Counted from the stretch's first letter, positions 41,820-50,422 are shown. The stretch: DNA of 64,000 nt from a virus (IMGVR_UViG_2974624810_000001:32001-96000); one strand, 5' to 3'. Translations and numbers: made by a program. Notes: generated by a model from the letters alone, not told the origin.

Positions 41820-43637
41820 ATGGTAGATTTCGACAAGAGACATTCCAAGGAACTTGTGAAACGCCCTGACACAGACCTGGAGATTTCCAGGTCTTTTCGG
41901 TCTTCCGGTCAGGGTGTATTTTCGCATGTCCGGAAGGGTGTCAAAATAACGAGTAAGGCCATTCTGGATTGGGTCTATCTGAATGACTATAAGGAAGAGA
42001 TTGCCAAGGCTAGAAGTGATGGCAATCTGGAAAAGGCCCGGAAGCTGAAGATAGAGCAGGAAAAGCGTAGTGAACCAAGACGTAAAAGGTTCTACTCCAT
42101 CCTTGCTGTAGTTATTGCAATAATGGGATGGGCTTACGTCACCTGGAAGATAGTTCCATTGATTGTCATTGGTGTCGCCGTCCTTGTTGCCATGTGGTTC
42201 GTAGGCAGTGGCATGAAGCCTCAGAATCTGGCCTCTGTCATTGCTGGAAAAGGTGATGAAGTCGATGACCCTATGGAGCCTTTTCCAATTGCCGACGCTC
42301 GAAACAGAGACGAGGCTCAGGAGTGCTTGAGACGAGCACTGCTTGCTGAGGGAATCACTCCCAGAGTTATCTTGGAGCCAGTTCGTTACAATTGGGGTTG
42401 GGAAATCCCGGTAGTTCTGAGAAAGGGTACTCCTGATGATGTAATGGCTAAGGCTAAGAAGATGGAGACACTACTAAGACTTCCTAGTGATGGAATGCTA
42501 GTAGCTGCTACTCGATTCCGGGCCGAAGTTGTCATCAGACTTATGCAGACTGACCCATTTGCTGATATGCCTCCAGACCAAAGAGCAGAGCCTTTGTCTC
42601 GTTCTATTAAGAACAAGTACAAGATTGCTCAGCGAATGGATGGTCAGCACATTGAAATCTCCTTGCTTAGAAATCACGCAGTTGTTATTGCTGCTCCTGG
42701 TGGCGGTAAGTCAATGTTCATGCGTAAGCTGGCAGACATCACCACTAGCTGTAGAGACTGTGTAACCTGGGACATTGACCCTGGCGGCAATGGACTCGAA
42801 GTTTTCGGAGGAGCTATCGCAAGGCGCGGTAGGACCGAAGAGGAAATTGAAGAAATGCTAACCGAGGCTTTGGAATACACGAAGATTCGTGCAAAGAAGC
42901 TGACGAAGCTGGGAATGGGTGACAACTGGCAGCCAAGCAAGGACCATCCTGCCCTCATTATCTTCATTGATGAGTTCATTCAGCTAAACAAGAAGTGCAA
43001 GGATTTGGCCATTCAGATTATTCGCAATGGTCGTAAGGCTGCTATTACCGTTGTTTTGGCTGCACAGCAGGCTACAAAGGACACTCTTGGCGCTGCTATT
43101 GCAGATGCAGTGTCTATCAAGGTAATGTTTGCTTCTCGTCATGCTGACGTACCTCTCGTGTTCGGTGAGGGCATGTTGTCACAGGGCTGGAGACCTGATA
43201 GACTGCATCCAGCTTCAGGTGAAGACGTGGAAGACGCTGGTAAGTGCTACATTTTGGGCGGTGGCTCAAGAGAGCCTTACCTGTACAAGGTCTATCCAAT
43301 AGAACCAGATGAAGCCATTGAGATGGGTGATGAGCGTGAAGCAGAGGGCATGCCCGAACTTGACACAGACACCTACCTTGATGTTACAGTGACAGACACA
43401 ACAGACAAGCTCATGTTCGAACACGTGCTTGACATCTTTGAGAACTTTGACGAGCATGACTGGCTACCAGCCAGCATCTTGGTCAAGGAACTCAAGGGTT
43501 ATGGCCACACCTTGACAGCTCGTCAGTTGCATGAGATTCTGGGAGACACCGGCAGAGAAAGCCGTATTTGGGATGGTTCCAAGTACAAGGTTGCTGGTTA
43601 CTTCCGTAGAAACATCGAGAAGCAATTGGAGAAGTAG
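41820..43637 (+). CDS. FtsK/TraB-like membrane DNA translocase
   Basis: Two TM helices, AAPGGGKS, DIDP, IFIDEF, GRKAAIT...AAQ, C-terminal wHTH-like domain ending in GY. Confidence 0.85.
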   Translation: MVDFDKRHSKELVKRPDTDLEISRSFRSSGQGVFSHVRKGVKITSKAILDWVYLNDYKEEIAKARSDGNLEKARKLKIEQEKRSEPRRKRFYSILAVVIAIMGWAYVTWKIVPLIVIGVAVLVAMWFVGSGMKPQNLASVIAGKGDEVDDPMEPFPIADARNRDEAQECLRRALLAEGITPRVILEPVRYNWGWEIPVVLRKGTPDDVMAKAKKMETLLRLPSDGMLVAATRFRAEVVIRLMQTDPFADMPPDQRAEPLSRSIKNKYKIAQRMDGQHIEISLLRNHAVVIAAPGGGKSMFMRKLADITTSCRDCVTWDIDPGGNGLEVFGGAIARRGRTEEEIEEMLTEALEYTKIRAKKLTKLGMGDNWQPSKDHPALIIFIDEFIQLNKKCKDLAIQIIRNGRKAAITVVLAAQQATKDTLGAAIADAVSIKVMFASRHADVPLVFGEGMLSQGWRPDRLHPASGEDVEDAGKCYILGGGSREPYLYKVYPIEPDEAIEMGDEREAEGMPELDTDTYLDVTVTDTTDKLMFEHVLDIFENFDEHDWLPASILVKELKGYGHTLTARQLHEILGDTGRESRIWDGSKYKVAGYFRRNIEKQLEK

Positions 43638-43638
43638 A

Positions 43639-43854
43639 ATGTGGACAGCAGGAGTCATCCTGTATATCGCAGTCTGCGCCTACCTTTGTAAGAAGAAGGG
43701 TTGGCAGATTCATTACATTGCCTGGGGTATGGTGGGTGGTCTCATTCTTGCGACCATCGTTCCTTCCCTTCCGGCGCAGACGAAGACAACAATGGAGAAT
43801 GCTGCTCAGGCAGTCGTTTCAATCTTCGAAAGTTCAGGCATCGGGCAGGGTTGA
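43639..43854 (+). CDS. Small membrane protein
   Basis: GGAG RBS; two hydrophobic segments; starts 1 nt after translocase. Confidence 0.65.
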   Translation: MWTAGVILYIAVCAYLCKKKGWQIHYIAWGMVGGLILATIVPSLPAQTKTTMENAAQAVVSIFESSGIGQG

Positions 43855-43879
43855 CAGCAGCTTTGCCCAGATGTAAGAT
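43851..43879 (+). promoter_or_regulatory. Promoter
   Basis: TTGACA-N17-TAAGAT. Confidence 0.75.
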
Positions 43880-43912
43880 GTACTTAAACCTAGTCCTTGT
43901 GGGACTAGAGGA

Positions 43913-43985
43913 GCGCCTGTAGCATAACGGTCGATGCATCTGTCTTATAAGCAGACGATAGGGGGTTCAATTCCCTCCAGGCGTA
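43913..43985 (+). tRNA. tRNA-Ile(TAT)
   Basis: TCTGT-CTTATAA-GCAGA; A73. Confidence 0.85.
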
Positions 43986-44013
43986 CTTTGTAACTACTAG
44001 AGCAGGGGGAATA

Positions 44014-44175
44014 ATGGCACTCTCTTTGTCTGATGGCACTCGTGTAGAAATTACTCGTGGTGACCACAAGGGAAAGAAGGGCACTGTTCGCATGCAGGGC
44101 AAGAACAAGGTTGTCATTCTTGACAACGCTGTTGTGCTCATGGGTGTGAGTGATTCAAACACCAAGAGGTTGTAA
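44014..44175 (+). CDS. Small KOW-motif protein (not in ORF track)
   Basis: GTRVEITRGDHKGKKGTV. Confidence 0.6.
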   Translation: MALSLSDGTRVEITRGDHKGKKGTVRMQGKNKVVILDNAVVLMGVSDSNTKRL

Positions 44176-44357
44176 TGAAATGCAAGAAATGCGGGGAAAC
44201 TAAGAAGGAAGTGCGCATTGCTCCCATCGTAGGCGACCCGCTATGTCAGAAGTGCTGGAACGACGTGCAAACTGATATGCGTCGAAAAGGTGCTACTGGC
44301 AAAATAGATTACGAAGAGTACGTCCGTGTACAATATCCAAGATGGCTGAGGAGCTAA
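44175..44357 (+). CDS. Small zinc-finger protein
   Basis: CxxC..CxxC; GAGG RBS. Confidence 0.6.
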   Translation: MKCKKCGETKKEVRIAPIVGDPLCQKCWNDVQTDMRRKGATGKIDYEEYVRVQYPRWLRS

Positions 44358-44358
44358 A

Positions 44359-44538
44359 ATGGAAAACAAGGACAAGCTTGAGTTCGGCACCAAGGTCACC
44401 ATTTTCGGTGAGCACGCAACCGTATGGGACCTCTGCGAAAATAACACAAGCGTAATCAAGGTTCTCATGAAGAATGGCCGATTCGCTGGTGATGTTCTCA
44501 TTGCTGTTCTCGGCAAGGTAAAGCTGGGTTGGCGATAA
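44359..44538 (+). CDS. Small hypothetical protein (not in ORF track)
   Basis: GAGGAG RBS; 59 aa. Confidence 0.55.
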   Translation: MENKDKLEFGTKVTIFGEHATVWDLCENNTSVIKVLMKNGRFAGDVLIAVLGKVKLGWR

Positions 44539-44552
44539 TTCGTCAGCTCATT

Positions 44553-44637
44553 GGAAAGTAAGCGATTGGCTAGCAGGCATCTTGGAACGGTGCTAAGGGT
44601 GTTACAGCCCGGCTGGGTTCGATTCCCAGGCTTTCCG
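44553..44637 (+). tRNA. tRNA-Ser(GGA)
   Basis: GCATC-TTGGAAC-GGTGC; long variable arm; G73. Confidence 0.82.
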
Positions 44638-44650
44638 CAGGAGGTGTGAT

Positions 44651-44869
44651 ATGATTATCTGTGGGGACACAGTTAAAGTTAAGCACGGCCGTCCCAACGT
44701 GGACCCTGATTACTACGGCAAGCGTGGTAGGGTTCATAAGCGTACTCGAATGCTCGGTGTTCTAGGAGCAGGACAGTATGAAATTATGTTCTTCGACAGG
44801 TCTCTCAATCATCCAATCATGGGTGTTATGGGTGGCTTCAATGAAGAAGACCTGGAAGTTGAACGATGA
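44651..44869 (+). CDS. Small SH3/KOW-like protein
   Basis: AGGAGG RBS; GDTVKV..YGKRGRV..F.EEDLE. Confidence 0.65.
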   Translation: MIICGDTVKVKHGRPNVDPDYYGKRGRVHKRTRMLGVLGAGQYEIMFFDRSLNHPIMGVMGGFNEEDLEVER

Positions 44870-44878
44870 CTTCCTTAT

Positions 44879-44964
44879 GGAAATGTTAACGTTGGCAGCG
44901 TGGAAGGCTCTTGAAAAGCCTACGCCGGTGAAACGGCGCGTCGGTTCGAATCCGACCATTTCCG
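44879..44964 (+). tRNA. tRNA-Ser(TGA)
   Basis: AGGCT-CTTGAAA-AGCCT; long variable arm; G73. Confidence 0.85.
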
Positions 44965-44981
44965 CTTAAAGAAGGAGAGTA

Positions 44982-45410
44982 ATGTCACTAACTGGTGAAG
45001 CAAAGCGCGAATACCAGCGTAAGTGGGTTGCTGACAGGAGAGCCGCTGGGATAGAATATCTCGGTGGCTCTTGTCGTATATGTGGAGCTACTGAGAATCT
45101 AAACGTGGACCACAAGGACGCATCCACAAAAGTTGACCACAGAATATGGTCTTGGGCCTGGGACAGAGCGCTTAAGGAATTGGACAAGTGTCAACTTCTC
45201 TGTGAGAAGCATCATAGGGAAAAGACAAAGGCCAATGGCGAAACAAATCTTGGCGAAAAGAACGGGCAGGCAAAGCTGACTGTTAACATTGTTAAGCAAA
45301 TCAGAGAAGAGTTTGCCAAGGGCGATATCACAAAGGCGGCTTTGGCGAGAAAATATCGAGTGGACGAAAAGGCTATTAGAGACCTTCTCGCCGGAAGAAC
45401 TTGGAAATGA
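44982..45410 (+). CDS. HNH endonuclease with C-terminal HTH
   Basis: LGG.CxxCG..L.VDH.D..KCQLLC..HH; GEKNG.AKLT..LARKY.V. Confidence 0.85.
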   Translation: MSLTGEAKREYQRKWVADRRAAGIEYLGGSCRICGATENLNVDHKDASTKVDHRIWSWAWDRALKELDKCQLLCEKHHREKTKANGETNLGEKNGQAKLTVNIVKQIREEFAKGDITKAALARKYRVDEKAIRDLLAGRTWK

Positions 45411-45559
45411 TGAGTAAAGGAAAGAAGCAAAAGGACTGTTACCATGTCAACGTAAGAAAGATTTACGGTGACGAAATCATAGCTTCTGGCTGGAAGAGAG
45501 CCTACTGCTATGATTGTAAAAGATACCTACCGGAACTACCTCCAGAGAGGAAAAAGTAA

Positions 45560-45748
45560 ATGGCCAAGGATTTTCCAAAGGGGAACAACAAGAAGGACTT
45601 CATCGAGTTCCTTGAAAAGAACAAGATTGAGTTTTGGTGCTCCATCTGCAACACCGAAAATCCTCGCAAGTGTCAGTGCTGGACAGACATTCAGCGTTGG
45701 GAGCAGGTAGAGCTGTGGCAGGGTGAGGAAAGGCGCAAGAAAAAGTGA
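45560..45748 (+). CDS. Small Cys-rich protein
   Basis: GAGG RBS. Confidence 0.55.
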   Translation: MAKDFPKGNNKKDFIEFLEKNKIEFWCSICNTENPRKCQCWTDIQRWEQVELWQGEERRKKK

Positions 45749-46137
45749 GCGCTGTTCTTCTAGGTGTGCTGATGCACTTCATTGGTGACTATCTCATTCA
45801 GACAGACTGGATGGCACAACTGAAGACAAAACGCTGGGCACCAGCAATTGTCCACGGTGTCACATACGGTGTCCCGTTTGTCTTTGTCACGATGTCACCG
45901 ATAGCTTTGGCTGTCATCATTGTCACTCACATTGTCATCGACCATTATCGCCTGGCACGACATGTCGTCTGGGCAAAGAATCAGCTCGCCCCCAAGGAAT
46001 GGCGTTATTCATGGGCTGAGGGAAACCTCACTGGATATCGCAATGACGCACCGCCTTGGCTGACAACTTGGCTGATGATTATTGCGGACAACACAATCCA
46101 CATTGTCATCAACACTCTGGCCATCCTCTATCTATGA
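45745..46137 (+). CDS. Membrane protein (DUF3307-like)
   Basis: HFIGDY..QT.WMA..K, H...Y, H..ID, DN..H. Confidence 0.8.
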   Translation: MSAVLLGVLMHFIGDYLIQTDWMAQLKTKRWAPAIVHGVTYGVPFVFVTMSPIALAVIIVTHIVIDHYRLARHVVWAKNQLAPKEWRYSWAEGNLTGYRNDAPPWLTTWLMIIADNTIHIVINTLAILYL

Positions 46138-46145
46138 GGATGGCT

Positions 46146-46245
46146 TTTGTCATTCCCAGGACACTTTGTCATCTGTCCAGTGACACGTCCTGGGACATGA
46201 GGACATGTCCAGTGACATTCATGTGACATGTCCCAGGGCTGTCCT
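46146..46245. repeat. GACA/TGTC repeat locus
   Basis: 12 GACA/TGTC cores in 100 nt; TGTCCAGTGACA at 46174 and 46206. Confidence 0.85.
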
Positions 46246-46511
46246 CGAAATTTGAAAAATGGCGGGCGGCTCCGTATTCGCATCTCGTTTGTTCATTTGC
46301 GAGAGGGCGGCCCGGCGGCCCAGAAGGCGGAACTATGTCTTAAGAACCAGATGCAAGGAAGGGACCTAATGAGGTTCAAGGAGGGAGTTGACAGGATTCT
46401 AGAAGAGGTGCTAAGGTGTAGTTACACTAGAAAATATAAAGAAAAAGATGTTGAAAAACATCTAGAACCGATTAGAAATAGGTTCTAAATAATATAGAAT
46501 AAGATAAGGAT

Positions 46512-46799
46512 ATGAGACTCTTTGAACTTCATAGAGACGTAGATTCATCTGGCGTCTCTGGAACAGGAGTGGTAGCTCAGGGTGTAGAGTTTGACAGTGG
46601 TCAGTGTGCTATGACATGGTTGACCGAGTGGAACTCAGTAGCAGTCTATCCAGACATCACCACCCTTGAAGCAATCCATGGACACAACGGCAACACTCGT
46701 GTAGTCTATGTAGAAGGCCCAGTAACCGAGAGGCATGTCATTGTAGCTGGTAAGAAGGTTCCAGTCCGCACAGTTGACAGGTTCTCCGACAACCGCTAA
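46512..46799 (+). CDS. Hypothetical protein
   Basis: AAGGA RBS; F.L.R..D.SGVSGTG.VA.G..F..HGH.G.T motif. Confidence 0.75.
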   Translation: MRLFELHRDVDSSGVSGTGVVAQGVEFDSGQCAMTWLTEWNSVAVYPDITTLEAIHGHNGNTRVVYVEGPVTERHVIVAGKKVPVRTVDRFSDNR

Positions 46800-46880
46800 A
46801 GTAGAACATAGAGCAGGTCGGCAAGCAGGTAAGTGAGGAACACAGGAGCTTGAGCCACAACCCCTCCACCTAGCTCTCTT

Positions 46881-46956
46881 GCGTCTGTAGTATAGTCTGG
46901 TCCAATGCACCTGATTGTCAATCAGGAAATCGCGGGTTCAAATCCCGTCAGGCGCG
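46881..46956 (+). tRNA. tRNA-Asp(GTC)
   Basis: CCTGA-TTGTCAA-TCAGG; G73; promoter 46774-46802. Confidence 0.92.
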
Positions 46957-46985
46957 CACTAAAGTATAATCAACCGTGAGGAATC

Positions 46986-47156
46986 ATGAAGAGTAACTGG
47001 AAGTATTCCGCCCATTACAAATCTCCAAGCGGTGGCAAGGCTTCAATTACAAGTCAGGTCAAAGCCAACACCTTTGATGAAGCTTACGAACAAGTTCGTG
47101 ACCAGCTTAAGCATCAGAGCTTTGAGCTTGTTGGCATGGAATTGAGGAAGATGTAA
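46986..47156 (+). CDS. Small hypothetical protein (not in ORF track)
   Basis: GAGGA RBS; 56 aa. Confidence 0.55.
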   Translation: MKSNWKYSAHYKSPSGGKASITSQVKANTFDEAYEQVRDQLKHQSFELVGMELRKM

Positions 47157-47328
47157 TGGCAATCAGATTTTGTCCAAGCTGCATGCAAAATGTAGTGACA
47201 GAACCAACAGGTCCAAAATGCTCTCACTGTGGTGGGAACACGAAGCCTGTTGACAATAAGCTTCCGAAGCCGGAAGAGATTTTGAAGAAGTACACTTTCC
47301 GTAAGCCAAAACACAGAAAGCCTTAAAT

Positions 47329-47574
47329 ATGGCTGATAAGCTATGGCTCGTAGAGGGTCATTATACGAAGAACGGCACGAAGGAAACATTCGATAATGTT
47401 TTCTCTGCCTCTAACAAGTCCGGCGCTGAGAAGGCTGCAAAGAAGGATTTTGACAGCTATGTAAGTGCTGGATATGAGAAGAACGCAAAGTTCGGCAAGC
47501 TGACTGTTACTAAGGTCAGCGAGTGGACAGAGAAGGACCGCAAGGCATTTCTCAAGAAGAAGGGCATCAAGTAA
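47329..47574 (+). CDS. Hypothetical protein
   Basis: Similar to next ORF. Confidence 0.65.
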   Translation: MADKLWLVEGHYTKNGTKETFDNVFSASNKSGAEKAAKKDFDSYVSAGYEKNAKFGKLTVTKVSEWTEKDRKAFLKKKGIK

Positions 47575-47801
47575 TGTCAGTCATTGGCAAGAAGCCAAAC
47601 TGGACTGTTATAGGTAAGCTTGATGTGACATATCCAGGTCAGAAGAAGAAGACCGAAGAGTTCTGCAACTCATTTGTTGCGAAGAACAAGGCTGATGCAA
47701 TCAAGCAGGCTCAGAAGCTGTTTGATGAGATGAAGGATGACATCCCTGGTGTCACTTATGCCAATCTTCGCGCTCTGAAGGCAGAGCCTAGCGGTTGGTG
47801 A
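47574..47801 (+). CDS. Hypothetical protein
   Basis: TAATG coupling; similar to previous ORF. Confidence 0.65.
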   Translation: MSVIGKKPNWTVIGKLDVTYPGQKKKTEEFCNSFVAKNKADAIKQAQKLFDEMKDDIPGVTYANLRALKAEPSGW

Positions 47802-47821
47802 ACAGGGCCCGAAAGGGCTAT

Positions 47822-47892
47822 CCCGGCATAGTGTAGTGGAAACACGATACGTTGTCAGCGTATTATCGAGGGTTCAATTCCCTCTGTCGGGA
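47822..47892 (+). tRNA. tRNA with Asp(GTC) anticodon, atypical acceptor
   Basis: ATACG-TTGTCAG-CGTAT; C1:G72, A73. Confidence 0.8.
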
Positions 47893-47896
47893 CAAA

Positions 47897-48009
47897 GTGG
47901 GTCGAACGAGATATCGGTTATCTAAATTCCCTTGAAATGAATAAAGGCAGGTTCGAATCCTGCATCGCCCAAGGAACGGGCAATCTCCGATTCTCAACAA
48001 TATATCCAC
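47897..48009 (+). ncRNA. Y-RNA-like RNA 3
   Basis: GTGGGT/ATCCAC, GTCGAACG, T-arm GCAGG-TTCGAAT-CCTGC, GCCC/GGGC hairpin; 760 nt upstream of Ro60. Confidence 0.78.
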
Positions 48010-48014
48010 CAAAT

Positions 48015-48338
48015 ATGAATACAGAACAAAGAATTGCACGGTTCAAGGAACTGTGGAAGGAAAACACATATTTTGAGGATGCGCTAGGCTGGCTTCAAGA
48101 TGGAATTCCTGAAGGCGAATTCAAGCCTAAGTGGGTAGATACCATTGAAGAGGGCACAAGCCGATGGATGGTTCACATTCTTGAAGTAGTAGAGATTGAC
48201 GAAGGCGTGTACGTTGGTGTACGCTGGGAGCGAGGTAAGACAGAAATACAAGAGAACTTGTATGAAGATGACGATGTCTACCTACTTGAGCGTACAGAAG
48301 TGACCATAGTCGATTGGAAGGACAAGAAGACACTGTGA
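48015..48338 (+). CDS. Hypothetical protein
   Basis: Start moved to ATG 48015, downstream of the RNA. Confidence 0.65.
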   Translation: MNTEQRIARFKELWKENTYFEDALGWLQDGIPEGEFKPKWVDTIEEGTSRWMVHILEVVEIDEGVYVGVRWERGKTEIQENLYEDDDVYLLERTEVTIVDWKDKKTL

Positions 48339-48751
48339 AGAACTGGCTTGGACATGATATTGTCGTAGGAGCCGTTGTTTTTCGAGGCGGTCGTCAAGGA
48401 GACAGCTCCTCATTCCGTGTCGGGGTAGTTGATGACCTTGATACTTCCAAGGACCGAGAAGCGCGAGTAGACTGGAAGTTTGAAGCAGGTTGGCGAACCA
48501 TTTGGTTTGGTGAATCTGCTTGGGAGCGTGACAAGCGAAACTATCGTGTTCGTGGTCCGCACAAGTCCACTACTCAGCGCACTCGCTACGAAATCAATGA
48601 CCTTGTGCGACTTGAGGATGGTCTGATAGACTATCTGACACAACGAGATAAGCTGTGCACTGCTGCACAGCACTATGGAATCCTTCGAGAGGATTTCAAG
48701 CGATTCGAAGAAGACTTTAATGCAGGGAGAGTCCCTGAAATTATGCCTTAG
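48335..48751 (+). CDS. Hypothetical protein
   Basis: GTGA overlap with previous stop. Confidence 0.65.
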   Translation: MKNWLGHDIVVGAVVFRGGRQGDSSSFRVGVVDDLDTSKDREARVDWKFEAGWRTIWFGESAWERDKRNYRVRGPHKSTTQRTRYEINDLVRLEDGLIDYLTQRDKLCTAAQHYGILREDFKRFEEDFNAGRVPEIMP

Positions 48752-48768
48752 AAAGGGCCGGTAACAAA

Positions 48769-50421
48769 ATGTCAAACGCACTTAACAACGCTGCTAAGGG
48801 TCTCAACAAGACTGTTCAGACTCAGCGTGCTCGCCAGGACCAGGTACAGAACAACGCTGGAGGATTCGTCTTCCAGGTATCTGACCAGGCCAGGCTTGAG
48901 CGATTCCTTATTCTGGGTGTCGATGGTGGCACCTATTACGTCAAGGAAGTCGACCACGCCGAAAAGAGCGTAAGCTTCCTGAGCAAGATGATTGAGAAGG
49001 ACGAGGCGAGTGTGCTTCGTACCATTGTGGACGTGTCTGTCAATGGTCGTGCATATCGTCAGACTCCAGCTCTGTTCGCTCTCGCCATGCTGATTGCCAA
49101 CGGCAACAACAAGCAGGCTGTGAAGGCTGAGTTCAACAAGGTTGTTCGTACTGGTACCCACCTTTACGAAGTCCTGAACTTCCTGACTTCACTTGAGGTT
49201 GGATGGGGTCGTGCCAAGCGAGAGATTATTGCTTCTTGGTTTGACCGAGATGCTGACAAGCTGGCTTACCAGGCGGTCAAGTACCGTCAGCGTAGGTTCG
49301 GTGAGCAGTCTTGGACTCTCCGAGATGTAATGCGTCTTTCTCACCCACGCAATGTGAACACATCCGTTGCTGATTTTGTCCTGGGCAAGCCTCACGACGC
49401 TATCGATGACCTTCGGGCCATTGAGGGCTTCAAGAAGATGCAGCAGGCCAAGACTGTTGACGAGGTTCACGCTGTTCTCCGTGAGTACGAGATGCTTCCA
49501 TGGGAGACAATCCCAACTCAGTTCCACAAGGACGTGAGTGTGTGGAAGCGAATCTTCGCTAACGGTCAGCTTCGTGGTCAGGCTCTAGTCCGAAACATCA
49601 CTCGCCTAGCGAAGATTGGTGCTTTCAAGGACATGCGTTTCGCTGCTGCGTATGCAGGACAGCTCACGAATCAGGAGATGATTAGGCAGACTCGTCTGCA
49701 CCCAATCAACTTCTTGAACGCGGTTGTTGTGTACACCGAAGGCCAGATGAAGACCGTAAGGGACCGTTATGGCTGGGAGCGTGAGGAGCGTGTTCGTGGC
49801 TGGGAAGTCGAGAGTGTTATCGTGGATGCCCTCAATGAGGGATTCCACCTGGCATTCAAGACTGTGGAGCCAGCAGGTAAGCGAACGATGCTTGCTATTG
49901 ACGTATCAGGTTCTATGAGTGCAAAGGCTAGTGGTCTCGACCTTAGCTGCGCTCAGGTCTCTGGTGCAATGGCAATGACCATCGCTCGTACCGAGCCAGC
50001 TCACATCATCCGTGGTTTTACTGCGGGTAGTGGATACGGTTGGGGTCGTGCAAACGGTCTAACCGACCTTGGTATCAGTGCTCGTACAGACCTTGCTACG
50101 GCAATGCGTAATGTACAGCGCCACAACTGGGGCGGTACGGATTGTAGCCTTCCAATTCGTTGGGCACAGGAGAACGGTGTAGATGTTGACACCTTTGTGG
50201 TTATCACTGATAACGACACATGGGCTGGTGACATTCACCCATTCCAGGCGCTCAAGGAGTACCGTAAGAAGACCGGAATCGACGCTCGCATGGCAGTTCT
50301 GGGAGTTCAGGCAACTGAGTTCACCATTGCTGACCCACGTGACCGTGGAATGATGGACTTCGTAGGATTTGACAGCAATGCACCTCGTGTGCTGGCTGAC
50401 TTCTCCGCTGGTCGTATCTGA
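48769..50421 (+). CDS. rsr: Ro60/Rsr TROVE-domain RNA-binding protein
   Basis: NNAGGFVF..RLERFLILG..GGTYY; YQAVKYRQR..RDVMRLSHP; DVSGSM vWA; GGTDCSLP; TIADP.D.GM.D.VGFD. Confidence 0.96.
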   Translation: MSNALNNAAKGLNKTVQTQRARQDQVQNNAGGFVFQVSDQARLERFLILGVDGGTYYVKEVDHAEKSVSFLSKMIEKDEASVLRTIVDVSVNGRAYRQTPALFALAMLIANGNNKQAVKAEFNKVVRTGTHLYEVLNFLTSLEVGWGRAKREIIASWFDRDADKLAYQAVKYRQRRFGEQSWTLRDVMRLSHPRNVNTSVADFVLGKPHDAIDDLRAIEGFKKMQQAKTVDEVHAVLREYEMLPWETIPTQFHKDVSVWKRIFANGQLRGQALVRNITRLAKIGAFKDMRFAAAYAGQLTNQEMIRQTRLHPINFLNAVVVYTEGQMKTVRDRYGWEREERVRGWEVESVIVDALNEGFHLAFKTVEPAGKRTMLAIDVSGSMSAKASGLDLSCAQVSGAMAMTIARTEPAHIIRGFTAGSGYGWGRANGLTDLGISARTDLATAMRNVQRHNWGGTDCSLPIRWAQENGVDVDTFVVITDNDTWAGDIHPFQALKEYRKKTGIDARMAVLGVQATEFTIADPRDRGMMDFVGFDSNAPRVLADFSAGRI

Positions 50422-50422
50422 C

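Noticed and set aside
46146-46245. Repeat locus as a CRISPR array
   Set aside because: Units are 4-12 nt, irregular and in both orientations, with no unique spacers.
46228-46488. 86-aa ORF over the repeat/AT-rich locus
   Set aside because: Starts inside the repeats, spans a promoter and has no RBS or motif; probably non-coding.
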